Shown: piece by piece, positions 48,171 to 57,823 of the stretch
Position numbering within the stretch: position 1 is the stretch's first letter
Layout: each line of letters starts with the position of its first letter
Position numbers and translations under genes: made by a program
Assembly: GCA_963676615.1 (NCBI GenBank)
Contig: OY781092.1
Coordinates: 1,088,001 to 1,152,000, forward strand
Source: Candidatus Cloacimonadota bacterium
GTDB lineage: Bacteria > Cloacimonadota > Cloacimonadia > G963667145
DNA length: 64,000 bases
Direction: 5' to 3'
Notes under the pieces: generated by a model
Database searches by the model: none
What the model was told of the DNA's origin: nothing
The model's input: the letters and a program-made list of their open reading frames with translations, nothing else

Positions 48171-51100
48171 ATGATAATCGGAAATCGCTACGAAGTCGTC
48201 GAAAAAATCCACAAAGGTTCGTGGGCGACAATCTACAAAGTCAAAGATGTCCGAGACGAAAAGTTCTATGTCCTCAAGCTGTTTTCCAAACTCTCTAGCC
48301 ACGAATTTTACTCGCGATTTTCGCCAGAAGAGCTGACCAGACTCACAGGCATCAAGCATCACAACTTGGTGCGCACCTACGACTTCGGCTTCTTCGGCAA
48401 AAGCATCTACTCCATCAGCGCCTACTACGATTTGCCCTCACTAGAAAAATTCCTCTTCGCCAAAATCGAAGACATCTACACCATTATCAAAGGGCTTTGC
48501 CTTGGGCTGGAGGCTCTGCACAAAGAAAACATCCTCCACCAAAATCTGCGCCTAGAAAACATCCTCTACGACCCAAAAACTTTGGAAGTCAAAATCTTGG
48601 AATGCAATTTTGTGGACAACGAGCGCTCCAAACAGGAGATTATCGTCGACTACCTGCCCTATCTTGCGCCAGAAGTTTACGAGGGAGGACAAGCGGTCGT
48701 GCCCAGCGACCTCTACTCCCTTGGGATCGTGCTCTACTACATCACCTGCGGGCGTTTTCCGTTCTCGATTCACCAAATTCAAAACCTGCAAAACCACGAA
48801 AACTACTATCCGACTCCGCCGTCCAAAATCAATCCCCAAGTTCCAGCTGCACTCGACACCTTGATTTTGAGGCTGCTTAGCCGTTTTCCGCAAGAGAGAT
48901 TTCAGAACACAAACCAAATTTTGCAATACCTGAACAGCTACTCGGGCAAGAAAAAAATCATCCTCACACAAGCCGACAAGAGCGTTCCTTTGGCTTTCGG
49001 CAAAACGACAATCCACCGCAAACTTCTCGAGCAACTTTTGGCGAACCTCAGAACCGTCCATCAGCAAAAAAACGGCAAAATTTTGCACATCATCGGCGAC
49101 AGCGGCGTCGGTAAATCCAGCCTGCTCAAGCAGTTCCGCTACTCGATTTTCAGCGACAGCTTCGCGATTTTCTCGTATAAATGTAGCCAAGACAACATCG
49201 ATCCGCTGTTCACTATCGCCAAAGAGACGATGAGCAAAGAGAGTCTGGACAAAGTCACCAAAGAGTTTTCGCAAATTTCCGAAAAATACAGAAAATTTTT
49301 GATTCACTCGGAAAAAGAGGCGCTGGCGATTCCCGACACCGAAGAAAAAGTCCAGATGGACACCGAGTTTATCAAAAAAACGATTTTTGCCGCCGCAGAA
49401 GAAAAAACTTTGGTCATCATCATCGAAAACGCCGACTACCTGCACGAAAAAACGACCAAAGCGCTGGACATCATCTCAAAAAGCATCAATTCGCACCCCG
49501 TTTTTATCGTCATCACTGGCGAAAAACACGACGCTTTCGACTCGGTCGTTTACAAAAACAAAAAATTTATCCCAAATCTTAATCGTGCCGAAACCAAAAA
49601 TTTCATCCTCTCCGTGACCAAAGGGCTGCACATTCACGAAAATATCATCAACCTTGTCGTCGAAAAATCGACCGGCAACCCGAAATTTATCAAAAAAATT
49701 TTGTTGCAGCTCTACAAAGACAACCTGCTGGGCAAGGAAAAAATCCCGGCAAACTATCGGCTGCCGCTTGCCATCAACTCCAACATCAAGCAAACGATTT
49801 TAGAGTCGCTGCGCCATCTGCCAGACTATCCGCTCATCAAAAAGCTGGCGTTTTTCTTGCTGCCAATTTCCAGCCAAAGTATGCAAAAAATTTTGGAAAT
49901 CAGCCAAAAAAAAAGCTGTTTTTTGCTCTCGGAACTGATAAACGCCCACATCATTCACCACGAACAAGAGGTTTACAAATTCAACTCCGCTCAGATAAAG
50001 CAGAGCTTGCAGCAGGAGCTGACCTTGCCCGAAAAAAAATCGCTAATCAAATGTGCTTTTTCGCATTATCAAGACCAGCCTATTGCTGATTTGGCGACCG
50101 CCGAAGGCTTGCTCGATTACGCCCTGATTATCAAAGATTTTGAAAAAATCCGCAAATACAATCTGCTTTGCGCAAAGTTGCACCTGCAAAATTTTCAGCA
50201 CCAAGAGGCTTACAATCACTATTTTCAGGTCGGCAAACTCCACGCTCTTGGCTATCTGCCAGCGAAATTTCGCAGCCAAGATTTGCAAGAATTGACGCTC
50301 AACTCCAAGCTCCACACTCTAAAAAGTTTGCAGCTGCTTTCGCAATTTCCAGAAAAAGAGAACGAAAAATTGCGCGCTATTTTGCTGCAAGACGCCCGCA
50401 AAACCGATTTGGCGGAAAAGCTGTTCGACCAATTGCAGCTCGGCACATCAAAAATCGACGACATTATCAGGATGCGCAAAATTCGCAACAAACTGATTTT
50501 GCACAAGCTCGATCAAGCGGAAATTCTTCTGGAAAATTACACCCCAAAATCACAAAAAGACGAGGTTTACAAAATTATTATGCAGGCCGAGTTGCTGCTC
50601 AAGCAAAAAAAGCCAGCCGCCGCGGCGCTTATGCTGAAAGAGTTTATCAAGTCCAACGAATTCGAAAAAATTTCTGACGAGTATATTTTGGCGAAACTTT
50701 ATCATGTGCTGGGCAACTCGCTGCACATCAGGCGGAATTTGGAAGAGGGCGAAAAATTTTATCTAAAGGCGCAAAATATTCTGAAAAAAAACAACTTTTT
50801 GGTCGGACTTTGCTCTAACTACAACGATTTGGGCGGTCTATACCTCACTGGCGGCGACATCGGCAAAGCCCTGAAATATCTGCGAAAGGCGCAAAAAATT
50901 TCCCAAAATTATCCTTCGGGAAAGCTACGCGTTGCATACACCTACGGCAAGGCGTATCTCAAGCTGGGCAAGTTCAAAAAGGCGATTGAGTATTTTGAAA
51001 TCGCCAAAAAAGTTTGCCACGAGACCGAAAACCAAAAGCGGTTCAAGATGTGTCAAATGCACATCTCGTCGTGCCTGATGAAATACAAGGGCTACGGCGA

Positions 51101-53459
51101 TTTTTACCGCTATGTGCTCGATTTTCGTCCCGAAATCTTCGATTGGGAAGTCGAGAGTTTCGACCCGCTGGTCAGGACATTTTTTGTCTATCTAATCGCC
51201 ACTGAACAGTCCAACGAGCTGGAGCAAAAGCTGGAGCAAAATTCGCACCTCTATTTCAAGAGCGAAGACCACTACGAGCACTACTACAGCCTTTTGGGCA
51301 GCATCGCCTATCACAAACAAAAATACGATTTAGCCATCAAGCATTTCGAGCACGCCATCAACCTCGTCAAAACCACGCACAACTACGCCCTTGCCATTTT
51401 GCTCTACAAGCTTTGCAAAGTTTACACCGCAAAAAAAGCTTTTGAAAACGCAAAAGTCGTCTGCGGACAACTCAGCGATTTATGCGAAAAATACAAATTC
51501 GGCTACTGGCAATCGCACGCAAATCTGGAAAAGCTAAAAATCGAGCTGTTCAGCGGAAAAATCGGCTATCGACGAGCTTTCGAAAAAGCAAAAAAGGCGC
51601 TGAACTTTTGCAAAGAAAAAAACTACTTTGTGCAAATTTTGGACTACTACGGCATCATCATCCAGATTTTGGACTTCTACAAACTCTCTGGCAAAGCCGA
51701 AAGCTACTTTACGCTCTACAAAGACAAAATTGACGAAATCTGCCAAGGATTGCCCCAAGATGTCGAAAAACGAGTCAAAAAGCGCTATCACTACAACAAT
51801 AAAGATTTTTCCAAGCTGCTAAAGTTCAAACTCCCTGCTCAAAAACAGATAAAAATCGCCGACGAGCAAAAAAACTTCCTCAAAATTTTGGAAATTCGCG
51901 ACATCGAGCGCATCAAATTCTTTATCTGGCAGATGGTTAACAAATTTTTTGCTCCTTCTGGATTTTTGGTGCTGGTCGATGGACAAGAGTTCTGCAATCA
52001 GAACATTCCGCCAGAGCAAGTGAAAATTTACCAAGAAAATTTCTACCTGCAAAAAACGAGCAATTTTGGCAAAAACTCCCTTGCTGCGCCGCTGCAAATC
52101 GACAGAGTCGATCGCGGACTGATTGTCCTTGTCAACGACAGCGAAATTCCCTACAAGATAAAGGAGAAAAACCTTTTCCACAAACTGCTTCCCTACCTTT
52201 CGTATGTGATTTTTCAAATTGTGAATGTCGACAAAATCCAGACGCAAAAAAAGTTGCTGCAAAAGATGATGAACCTGAATATTTTGGACTGTATAGACAC
52301 CAAGCAAATTATGGCGAATGTGCTGACTTTTCTCATCGAAATCACCGACGCCAAACGCGGATTTTGGATCGAAAAAGATTACCTGAACAGCGCATCAGGA
52401 GCGAATCTCTGGCGAATCGGGATAGATAATCAGGGCAGCTATATTTTGGCGCAAAATTTCGTCTCCAACTACCTCATCGACTCGTTTGAAAAGCAAAAAA
52501 ACTTCTTCAAAATCTCCTCCAGTTTGGTTTCCGACAAAAGTTTTGTGCAAACTTTGCAAAGGTTTTCCATCAAAGATTTCGAAATAATGCTCTTCCCCAT
52601 TATTTTGGACAACAAAATCGACTCGTTTTTGTATTTGGACACTTTTGACGACAACAAAAAACCAGCCAAAATGCTTATCAACAAAGAATTTATGCACTCG
52701 TTTACCGACTATATCGACAAAATGTTGCAAACTTTCAAGCTCAACCAAAAGTTGAAGGTGCAGCTGGAAAAACAGCAAAAAGTTATTCAGACCAAATCAG
52801 CTGCCATCAAAATAATCGACGAAAATTTTTTGCAGCCCATAAAAGATATAAAAAAGGAGCTGCAAGATTCGCCAGCAGAAATCGACAAAGCGGTTTGCGA
52901 GCTTTCGTTTCTTGAGCATTCTATCGCCTCGGCGTTTTTCTTTAACAATCCAAACTCGCTAAAATACTCTAGCCCACTAAGTTACAGCCTGCGCGACCTC
53001 AGCCAAGAGGTCCTTGACAACTACCAACTTCTGACCAAAAAGCTGAAAATCAAATTTTCGGTAGAGTTCGACAAGCTAAAAGTCAACAAAAAAACTTTTT
53101 TGCTGGTTTTGGACAACATTATCCTCAACGCCTTGCAAAATGCGCAAACTTATCTGGAGATTGGCTCGCGAATGTCCAAATTCGACAACGAGCGCGTGGA
53201 TAATCAAGACAGCTTGGTGATTTTTGTGCGGAACGACGGGCAAATTCCCGACAAAGAGGAGCTCAGAAATTCGTTGCAAAATCCATTCTCGCAAGATTCA
53301 AGACAGTCGGCGCATCAACAAAGTTCGCAAAATTTGGGCATCGGGCTAAATTTTTCGCGGTCGATTATCGACAAAATGAACGGCAAAATCTGGCTCTATG
53401 TGCGTGAAAAACATACAACTTGCTACATCGCACTGCCGCTGCCAAAAATAGTAAAATAA
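48171..53459 (+). CDS. Multidomain signalling protein: Ser/Thr kinase-like, P-loop (STAND-like) NTPase, TPR, GAF-like, HATPase-like
   Basis: YLAPEV, SDLYSLG; GDSGVGKS; TPR repeats; NIILNA, RNDG, GIGLNFS..I; ATG 48171 with AGGAG RBS. Confidence 0.85.
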   Translation: MIIGNRYEVVEKIHKGSWATIYKVKDVRDEKFYVLKLFSKLSSHEFYSRFSPEELTRLTGIKHHNLVRTYDFGFFGKSIYSISAYYDLPSLEKFLFAKIEDIYTIIKGLCLGLEALHKENILHQNLRLENILYDPKTLEVKILECNFVDNERSKQEIIVDYLPYLAPEVYEGGQAVVPSDLYSLGIVLYYITCGRFPFSIHQIQNLQNHENYYPTPPSKINPQVPAALDTLILRLLSRFPQERFQNTNQILQYLNSYSGKKKIILTQADKSVPLAFGKTTIHRKLLEQLLANLRTVHQQKNGKILHIIGDSGVGKSSLLKQFRYSIFSDSFAIFSYKCSQDNIDPLFTIAKETMSKESLDKVTKEFSQISEKYRKFLIHSEKEALAIPDTEEKVQMDTEFIKKTIFAAAEEKTLVIIIENADYLHEKTTKALDIISKSINSHPVFIVITGEKHDAFDSVVYKNKKFIPNLNRAETKNFILSVTKGLHIHENIINLVVEKSTGNPKFIKKILLQLYKDNLLGKEKIPANYRLPLAINSNIKQTILESLRHLPDYPLIKKLAFFLLPISSQSMQKILEISQKKSCFLLSELINAHIIHHEQEVYKFNSAQIKQSLQQELTLPEKKSLIKCAFSHYQDQPIADLATAEGLLDYALIIKDFEKIRKYNLLCAKLHLQNFQHQEAYNHYFQVGKLHALGYLPAKFRSQDLQELTLNSKLHTLKSLQLLSQFPEKENEKLRAILLQDARKTDLAEKLFDQLQLGTSKIDDIIRMRKIRNKLILHKLDQAEILLENYTPKSQKDEVYKIIMQAELLLKQKKPAAAALMLKEFIKSNEFEKISDEYILAKLYHVLGNSLHIRRNLEEGEKFYLKAQNILKKNNFLVGLCSNYNDLGGLYLTGGDIGKALKYLRKAQKISQNYPSGKLRVAYTYGKAYLKLGKFKKAIEYFEIAKKVCHETENQKRFKMCQMHISSCLMKYKGYGDFYRYVLDFRPEIFDWEVESFDPLVRTFFVYLIATEQSNELEQKLEQNSHLYFKSEDHYEHYYSLLGSIAYHKQKYDLAIKHFEHAINLVKTTHNYALAILLYKLCKVYTAKKAFENAKVVCGQLSDLCEKYKFGYWQSHANLEKLKIELFSGKIGYRRAFEKAKKALNFCKEKNYFVQILDYYGIIIQILDFYKLSGKAESYFTLYKDKIDEICQGLPQDVEKRVKKRYHYNNKDFSKLLKFKLPAQKQIKIADEQKNFLKILEIRDIERIKFFIWQMVNKFFAPSGFLVLVDGQEFCNQNIPPEQVKIYQENFYLQKTSNFGKNSLAAPLQIDRVDRGLIVLVNDSEIPYKIKEKNLFHKLLPYLSYVIFQIVNVDKIQTQKKLLQKMMNLNILDCIDTKQIMANVLTFLIEITDAKRGFWIEKDYLNSASGANLWRIGIDNQGSYILAQNFVSNYLIDSFEKQKNFFKISSSLVSDKSFVQTLQRFSIKDFEIMLFPIILDNKIDSFLYLDTFDDNKKPAKMLINKEFMHSFTDYIDKMLQTFKLNQKLKVQLEKQQKVIQTKSAAIKIIDENFLQPIKDIKKELQDSPAEIDKAVCELSFLEHSIASAFFFNNPNSLKYSSPLSYSLRDLSQEVLDNYQLLTKKLKIKFSVEFDKLKVNKKTFLLVLDNIILNALQNAQTYLEIGSRMSKFDNERVDNQDSLVIFVRNDGQIPDKEELRNSLQNPFSQDSRQSAHQQSSQNLGIGLNFSRSIIDKMNGKIWLYVREKHTTCYIALPLPKIVK

Positions 53460-53469
53460 GGAGATTTTT

Positions 53470-53610
53470 ATGAAACTCGGAGCTTTTATTTTAATCGTCA
53501 TCGGTTGTTTTTTCTTTTTGACCAATTTCATCAACATCCGCATAAACTGGAACTACATCTGGCCGCTGATTTTGGTGGCTGTAGGCATCAGTATGCTTCG
53601 CTCGAAATGA
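53470..53610 (+). CDS. Small membrane protein, 46 aa (LiaF/DUF5668-like TM pair; not in ORF track)
   Basis: MKLGAFILIVIGCFFFLTNFINIRINWNYIWPLILVAVGISMLRSK; AAGGAG RBS; ATGA overlap with tsaD. Confidence 0.75.
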   Translation: MKLGAFILIVIGCFFFLTNFINIRINWNYIWPLILVAVGISMLRSK

Positions 53611-54602
53611 AAAAAGAGCTCATTCTCAGCTTTGAATCGTCCTGCGACGATACAGGCGTTGCGGTGATCGACACGGAGTATAATGTCCTATCGAATGTCG
53701 TCTCCAGCCAATTTGTGCATCAAAAATACGGCGGAGTTGTGCCGGAGTTAGCCAGCCGAGACCACCTGAAAAACATTACCCGTGTCTGCGAGCAAGCGCT
53801 GAGCCAGGCGAATATTTCTGCCAAAGATGTGGATGCGATAGCCGTTTCGGTGAATCCTGGGCTAATCGGCGCTTTACTGGTTGGCGTCAGCTTTGCCAAA
53901 GCTCTGGCCTACGCCGAAAACAAGCCGCTGATCGCCGTCAATCACCTGCTGGGACACATCGCCGCCATCAGGCTCGACTATCCAGATTTAGCGCCACCAT
54001 ACCTTGCCCTAATCGTCAGCGGCGGACACACACAGCTAGCGCATTTCACCAGCTTTGGCGAGTTTGAAATCCTCGGCGGCACAGTGGACGACGCCGCAGG
54101 CGAAGCTTTCGACAAAACCGCAAAAATCCTAGACTTGGGCTATCCCGGCGGAAAAATCATCGACGATTTAGCCAAAAAAGGCGACCCGAAATTTGTCCAT
54201 TTCACCAGAGCGTTAAACAAAAAAAACAACTTCAACTTCAGCTTTTCTGGGCTCAAAACCGCCATAATGAACTATGTTGAGCAGGCAGAGCCCGCTTTTG
54301 TCGAAGAGCACAAAGCCGACATAGCCGCCAGCGTGCAAGAGAGCATCGTCGATAGCCTGCACAGCAAAACCATCGCTTGCGCCAGAGCCCACAATATCGA
54401 CAAAATCGTCGTTGCAGGCGGAGTCTCCGCCAACTCCAGATTGCGCGCCAAATTCGCAGGGCAAGCCTACTTCCCCAGCTTCCGCTTTTGCACAGATAAC
54501 GCCGCAATGATTGGCGCTGCAGCGGTCGAACTTTATCGCAAAAAAGAGTTTGCCAGCCTAGAGCTGAACGCCTTTTCCACAAAAGGCATCCGCAACATCT
54601 AA
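53607..54602 (+). CDS. tsaD: tRNA threonylcarbamoyladenosine biosynthesis protein TsaD
   Basis: ESSCDDT, GGVVPELASRDH, HLLGH, VSGGHT, DDAAGEAFDK, FSFSGLKT, DNAAMI. Confidence 0.97.
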   Translation: MKKELILSFESSCDDTGVAVIDTEYNVLSNVVSSQFVHQKYGGVVPELASRDHLKNITRVCEQALSQANISAKDVDAIAVSVNPGLIGALLVGVSFAKALAYAENKPLIAVNHLLGHIAAIRLDYPDLAPPYLALIVSGGHTQLAHFTSFGEFEILGGTVDDAAGEAFDKTAKILDLGYPGGKIIDDLAKKGDPKFVHFTRALNKKNNFNFSFSGLKTAIMNYVEQAEPAFVEEHKADIAASVQESIVDSLHSKTIACARAHNIDKIVVAGGVSANSRLRAKFAGQAYFPSFRFCTDNAAMIGAAAVELYRKKEFASLELNAFSTKGIRNI

Positions 54603-54695
54603 CAAACGCAAAAACAAAGAGTCCGCCAATTTACTTGACACGAAAAAACTGTATGAACTTTTAACACCGAACGATTAAAAAATTTGGAGGATAAA

Positions 54696-54866
54696 ATGGC
54701 TGTAAAAATTGATGAAAGTAAATGCGTTGGCTGTTCTGCATGCGTTGGAACTTGCCCAGTGGAAGCCCTTGAGATGGCTGGCGACAAAGCTAAAGTCAAA
54801 GAAGATGTTTGCATCGACTGCGGTGCTTGCGTTGGCTCTTGCCCAACAGAAGCTATCTCTGCATAA
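54696..54866 (+). CDS. 2[4Fe-4S] ferredoxin
   Basis: Two CxxCxxCxxxCP motifs; GGAGG RBS. Confidence 0.95.
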   Translation: MAVKIDESKCVGCSACVGTCPVEALEMAGDKAKVKEDVCIDCGACVGSCPTEAISA

Positions 54867-54880
54867 TTTAGTTTTTAAAA

Positions 54881-54917
54881 AGAAAAGCAACTTCTTAAAA
54901 TAAGAGGTTGCTTTTTT
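54881..54917. terminator. Bidirectional intrinsic terminator
   Basis: AGAAAAGCAACTTCTTA-AAA-TAAGAGGTTGCTTTTTT between convergent genes. Confidence 0.8.
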
Positions 54918-54932
54918 CTGTGCAAAATTTTT

Positions 54933-55106
54933 CTACTTTTTGCGATACAACAAACTCGCTGGAATCAGCCCCAAATAGGTCACGACCAAAATCAAAGTCG
55001 AGAGCGAAACAAACTCCAGCATCATAAATCCATAGCCTAGCAACAAGCACAGCACGCTCAATCCTAGCAAAATCCAGTTAGTTTTTCCAAAATAAAAATT
55101 TTTCAT
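54933..55106 (-). CDS. Small two-TM membrane protein, 57 aa (DUF3098-like; not in ORF track)
   Basis: MKNFYFGKTNWILLGLSVLCLLLGYGFMMLEFVSLSTLILVVTYLGLIPASLLYRKK; follows the TPR gene. Confidence 0.65.
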   Translation of the reverse strand: MKNFYFGKTNWILLGLSVLCLLLGYGFMMLEFVSLSTLILVVTYLGLIPASLLYRKK

Positions 55107-55114
55107 ACTACTTC

Positions 55115-56068
55115 TTATCTCCTGTTTGCAAAATTTTCAATTGCTCCTGCTGCCTCTTGGGCTAGCGCTCCTTTATCTTTCGAGACAACCATTTCAAAAT
55201 AATTCTTCGCCTGCTGGGGCAGCCCCTGTTTTTGATAGACATAGCCAAGATGCAACAAAATCTCGGGGTCGTCCAACTTGCTATCGTCCGCAAGGCTCTT
55301 TTTGGCAATCTCAAAAGCCTTTTGTTGCTTGTCCCACTTGTAATAGAGCCACATCATCGAATCCCAATAGTAAACATTTTTCGGTTCTTTCGCCAGCGAC
55401 TTTTTCAGTAGCGACTCCGCAAACGGATAAAACTCCCGCTTTTGGTTCATCACAATCGAATACGCATACCAGTTGGCAAACTTCGCATCGTCGGGATATT
55501 CCTGATTTGCCAGCTGTGCCACCGCCAGCTCCTGCTCATAGAGACCCGCCTTATGCAAAGTGAAAAGCAAAAAACTCAAAAACGGCTTCGACCTATTTTT
55601 GTTATTCTCCACCTCTTTTATCAAATAATGCGAGGCAGTTCGATAATTTCCGTCCAAAAAGTTAAAAATTCCCGACAAAAAATCGAGTGAGCTATTTTTG
55701 TCCAAATCCAAAAAGTAGCTGCTGCGTAGCCGATTCCAGTTTTGCAAATACTCCCTATCGGAATAGATTATGCGGTAAATCACCAAAGTCAGCTTTTCGT
55801 TTATCAGCTGGTTTTCGCCATCAAAAAAACTGGCGTTCAGATAATATTCGTAGGCGTCTTTGTATCGTTTTTCGTAATAAGCGTATTCGCCCAAACCAAA
55901 ATAGTATTCCGCTGTGGGTGCGGCGCCGCCCGATTCTGCGTCCACACTTCTACTAATGGCGGACGAAAGCTCGATTTTATTCGGCGAGATAACCGTTTTG
56001 GGAGTTTGCGCGCAACCAAAAAAAATCGCCACTACGCCCAAAGAAAGAAACAGCTTGCGAAATTGCAT
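55115..56068 (-). CDS. TPR-repeat lipoprotein
   Basis: Lipobox FFGC; N.YAY, YWDS..W.YYK, EILLHLG.VY TPR-like motifs. Confidence 0.75.
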   Translation of the reverse strand: MQFRKLFLSLGVVAIFFGCAQTPKTVISPNKIELSSAISRSVDAESGGAAPTAEYYFGLGEYAYYEKRYKDAYEYYLNASFFDGENQLINEKLTLVIYRIIYSDREYLQNWNRLRSSYFLDLDKNSSLDFLSGIFNFLDGNYRTASHYLIKEVENNKNRSKPFLSFLLFTLHKAGLYEQELAVAQLANQEYPDDAKFANWYAYSIVMNQKREFYPFAESLLKKSLAKEPKNVYYWDSMMWLYYKWDKQQKAFEIAKKSLADDSKLDDPEILLHLGYVYQKQGLPQQAKNYFEMVVSKDKGALAQEAAGAIENFANRR

Positions 56069-56071
56069 CTC

Positions 56072-56851
56072 TTATTTGTAATCGATAGAGTAAGTTAGCA
56101 AAATCTCGCGATTCACTTCTGGGTCTTTCTCGTCATCAAATTTCGGAGCGTTGCACAAAATGTCGTTAAAGTTGAGCTGCAAACCCAAATTCGGCGTAAT
56201 CTCCAGCAGCAAACCAGCGTTCAAATATCCTTTGCCTTTGCCCAAAAGGTCTTTCTTCTGAGCGTCTTTGGACTTTTCGCTATCGTAGTCGTTCAAGCCG
56301 ACGCTGTAATCCGCCAAAAGAGTCAGCCGATTGCCAATCGATTTATCGAACCCAAAAAATATGTCCATATGTTCGTCTTCTTCGTTCTCCAGCGAATAGT
56401 TCGTTCCAGCCGTCAATCCTAAATTTCCCAGAAACAGATAATTTTTGCTCAACGCAAGATAAAACCCTTTGGATTTATAATCGTATCGCTTATATTTTTT
56501 CCAATATTTGCCCGCGCCTTGATTTGTGTAGCCGATTACCACCGCTGGATTTTTTTGCGTCTCGTCCAAAATTCGATATTTGAGTATAAATCCGACGATA
56601 TCTTGCCACTCTGGCTCTTGATCGCCAACGACATGCTCGCCCGAAAAACTGACGCCAAACATAAAATATTTCACCAAACCGACATTGGCGCCGACCAACA
56701 TTCCGTCGTTTTTAAAAAGCTTGGTCACCATATCCGCTTGCCCCATCTGCAACATTCCGGCAGTCGGGATTCCAGCCAAATTTCTAATCTCCCTTGCGCT
56801 CAGACTCACGCCAAAAACGCAAAAAATAAGAAACAAAATTCTCTTCTTCAT
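56072..56851 (-). CDS. Secreted/outer-membrane beta-barrel-like protein (YjbH-like)
   Basis: Signal peptide, IPTAG.L, amphipathic beta strands, aromatic residue near the C-terminus. Confidence 0.55.
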   Translation of the reverse strand: MKKRILFLIFCVFGVSLSAREIRNLAGIPTAGMLQMGQADMVTKLFKNDGMLVGANVGLVKYFMFGVSFSGEHVVGDQEPEWQDIVGFILKYRILDETQKNPAVVIGYTNQGAGKYWKKYKRYDYKSKGFYLALSKNYLFLGNLGLTAGTNYSLENEEDEHMDIFFGFDKSIGNRLTLLADYSVGLNDYDSEKSKDAQKKDLLGKGKGYLNAGLLLEITPNLGLQLNFNDILCNAPKFDDEKDPEVNREILLTYSIDYK

Positions 56852-56887
56852 TATTCAAACACCCTTTTTGTTTAAACTTTTCAAATC

Positions 56888-57811
56888 CTAAAATAACCAC
56901 GGCCGCTCAATTTGCAAACGGCTCAATATTGTAGGCAAATTGTCGCTCCCAGCCGATAGTGTCAAATCAAACTTGATTTTTCTATACCAAGTCAGCTGCC
57001 TTTTGGCAAAATTCCGCGAGTCCTGTTTGGCTTTTTCTAGGCACTCTGTCAGGCTCTTCTCTTTTTGGAAAAACGGCTGAAACTCCTTGTATCCCACAGT
57101 GTTCAGCCCAGGATCACTCCACTCATAACCGCTGGCAAGCAGTTCCTGAATCTCCTGCAAAAGCCCATCTGCAATCATCTTGTCCAACCGAAGATTTATC
57201 CGCTCATACAACTCCTGCCGTTCTCGCAAAAGCAGTACCGAAAACGCATCGTAGCTTCCAACCGCCTGCTCTTGCTGCCAAAAAGACGAAAGCGGCTTCC
57301 CAGAGCTCAAATAGACAAGCAGCCCTCGCTCAATTCGGGCGCTATCGTTCGGATGCAACTTTTCCGCCAAAACTGGGTCAACCTCCTGCAATTTCGCATA
57401 GCGATTTTTGACAAGAGCAAGCTCCCTTCGGGCAGCGTCACTTACGGCAGGAATATTCGACAATCCGTCCAGCAGCGCTTTGCAATAAAAGCCAGTTCCG
57501 CCAACAATTATCGGGATTTGCGGCGACCTCTTGCTGATTATCTGCTGGGCACGCCTGACAAACTCCCCTGCGCTAAAAGCTTGCTTCGGATCAAGCTCGC
57601 CTATCAAAAAATGCTCCACCGCTTTTAGCTCCTCTGGCTTTGGTTTTGCCGTGCCAATCTCCAGCTGGCTATAAATTTGCCGAGAATCCGCCGAAATGAT
57701 GTAGCCGCCCAAACTGGCAGCGAGTTCCAGCGCCAAATCGCTCTTACCCACAGCCGTCGGACCCTGCAAAACCACTACAAATGGCGTGCTCGATTTATTC
57801 TGACTCATCAA
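56888..57811 (-). CDS. miaA: tRNA dimethylallyltransferase
   Basis: GPTAVGKS, SADSRQIY, IGTAKP, VGGTGFY, GYKE, AKRQLTW. Confidence 0.97.
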   Translation of the reverse strand: MMSQNKSSTPFVVVLQGPTAVGKSDLALELAASLGGYIISADSRQIYSQLEIGTAKPKPEELKAVEHFLIGELDPKQAFSAGEFVRRAQQIISKRSPQIPIIVGGTGFYCKALLDGLSNIPAVSDAARRELALVKNRYAKLQEVDPVLAEKLHPNDSARIERGLLVYLSSGKPLSSFWQQEQAVGSYDAFSVLLLRERQELYERINLRLDKMIADGLLQEIQELLASGYEWSDPGLNTVGYKEFQPFFQKEKSLTECLEKAKQDSRNFAKRQLTWYRKIKFDLTLSAGSDNLPTILSRLQIERPWLF

Positions 57812-57823
57812 ATCCCAGAAAAA

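Noticed and set aside
47952..48362. 136-aa minus-strand ORF upstream of the MFS gene
   Set aside because: Overlaps the kinase start antisense and spans a likely divergent promoter region; no motifs.
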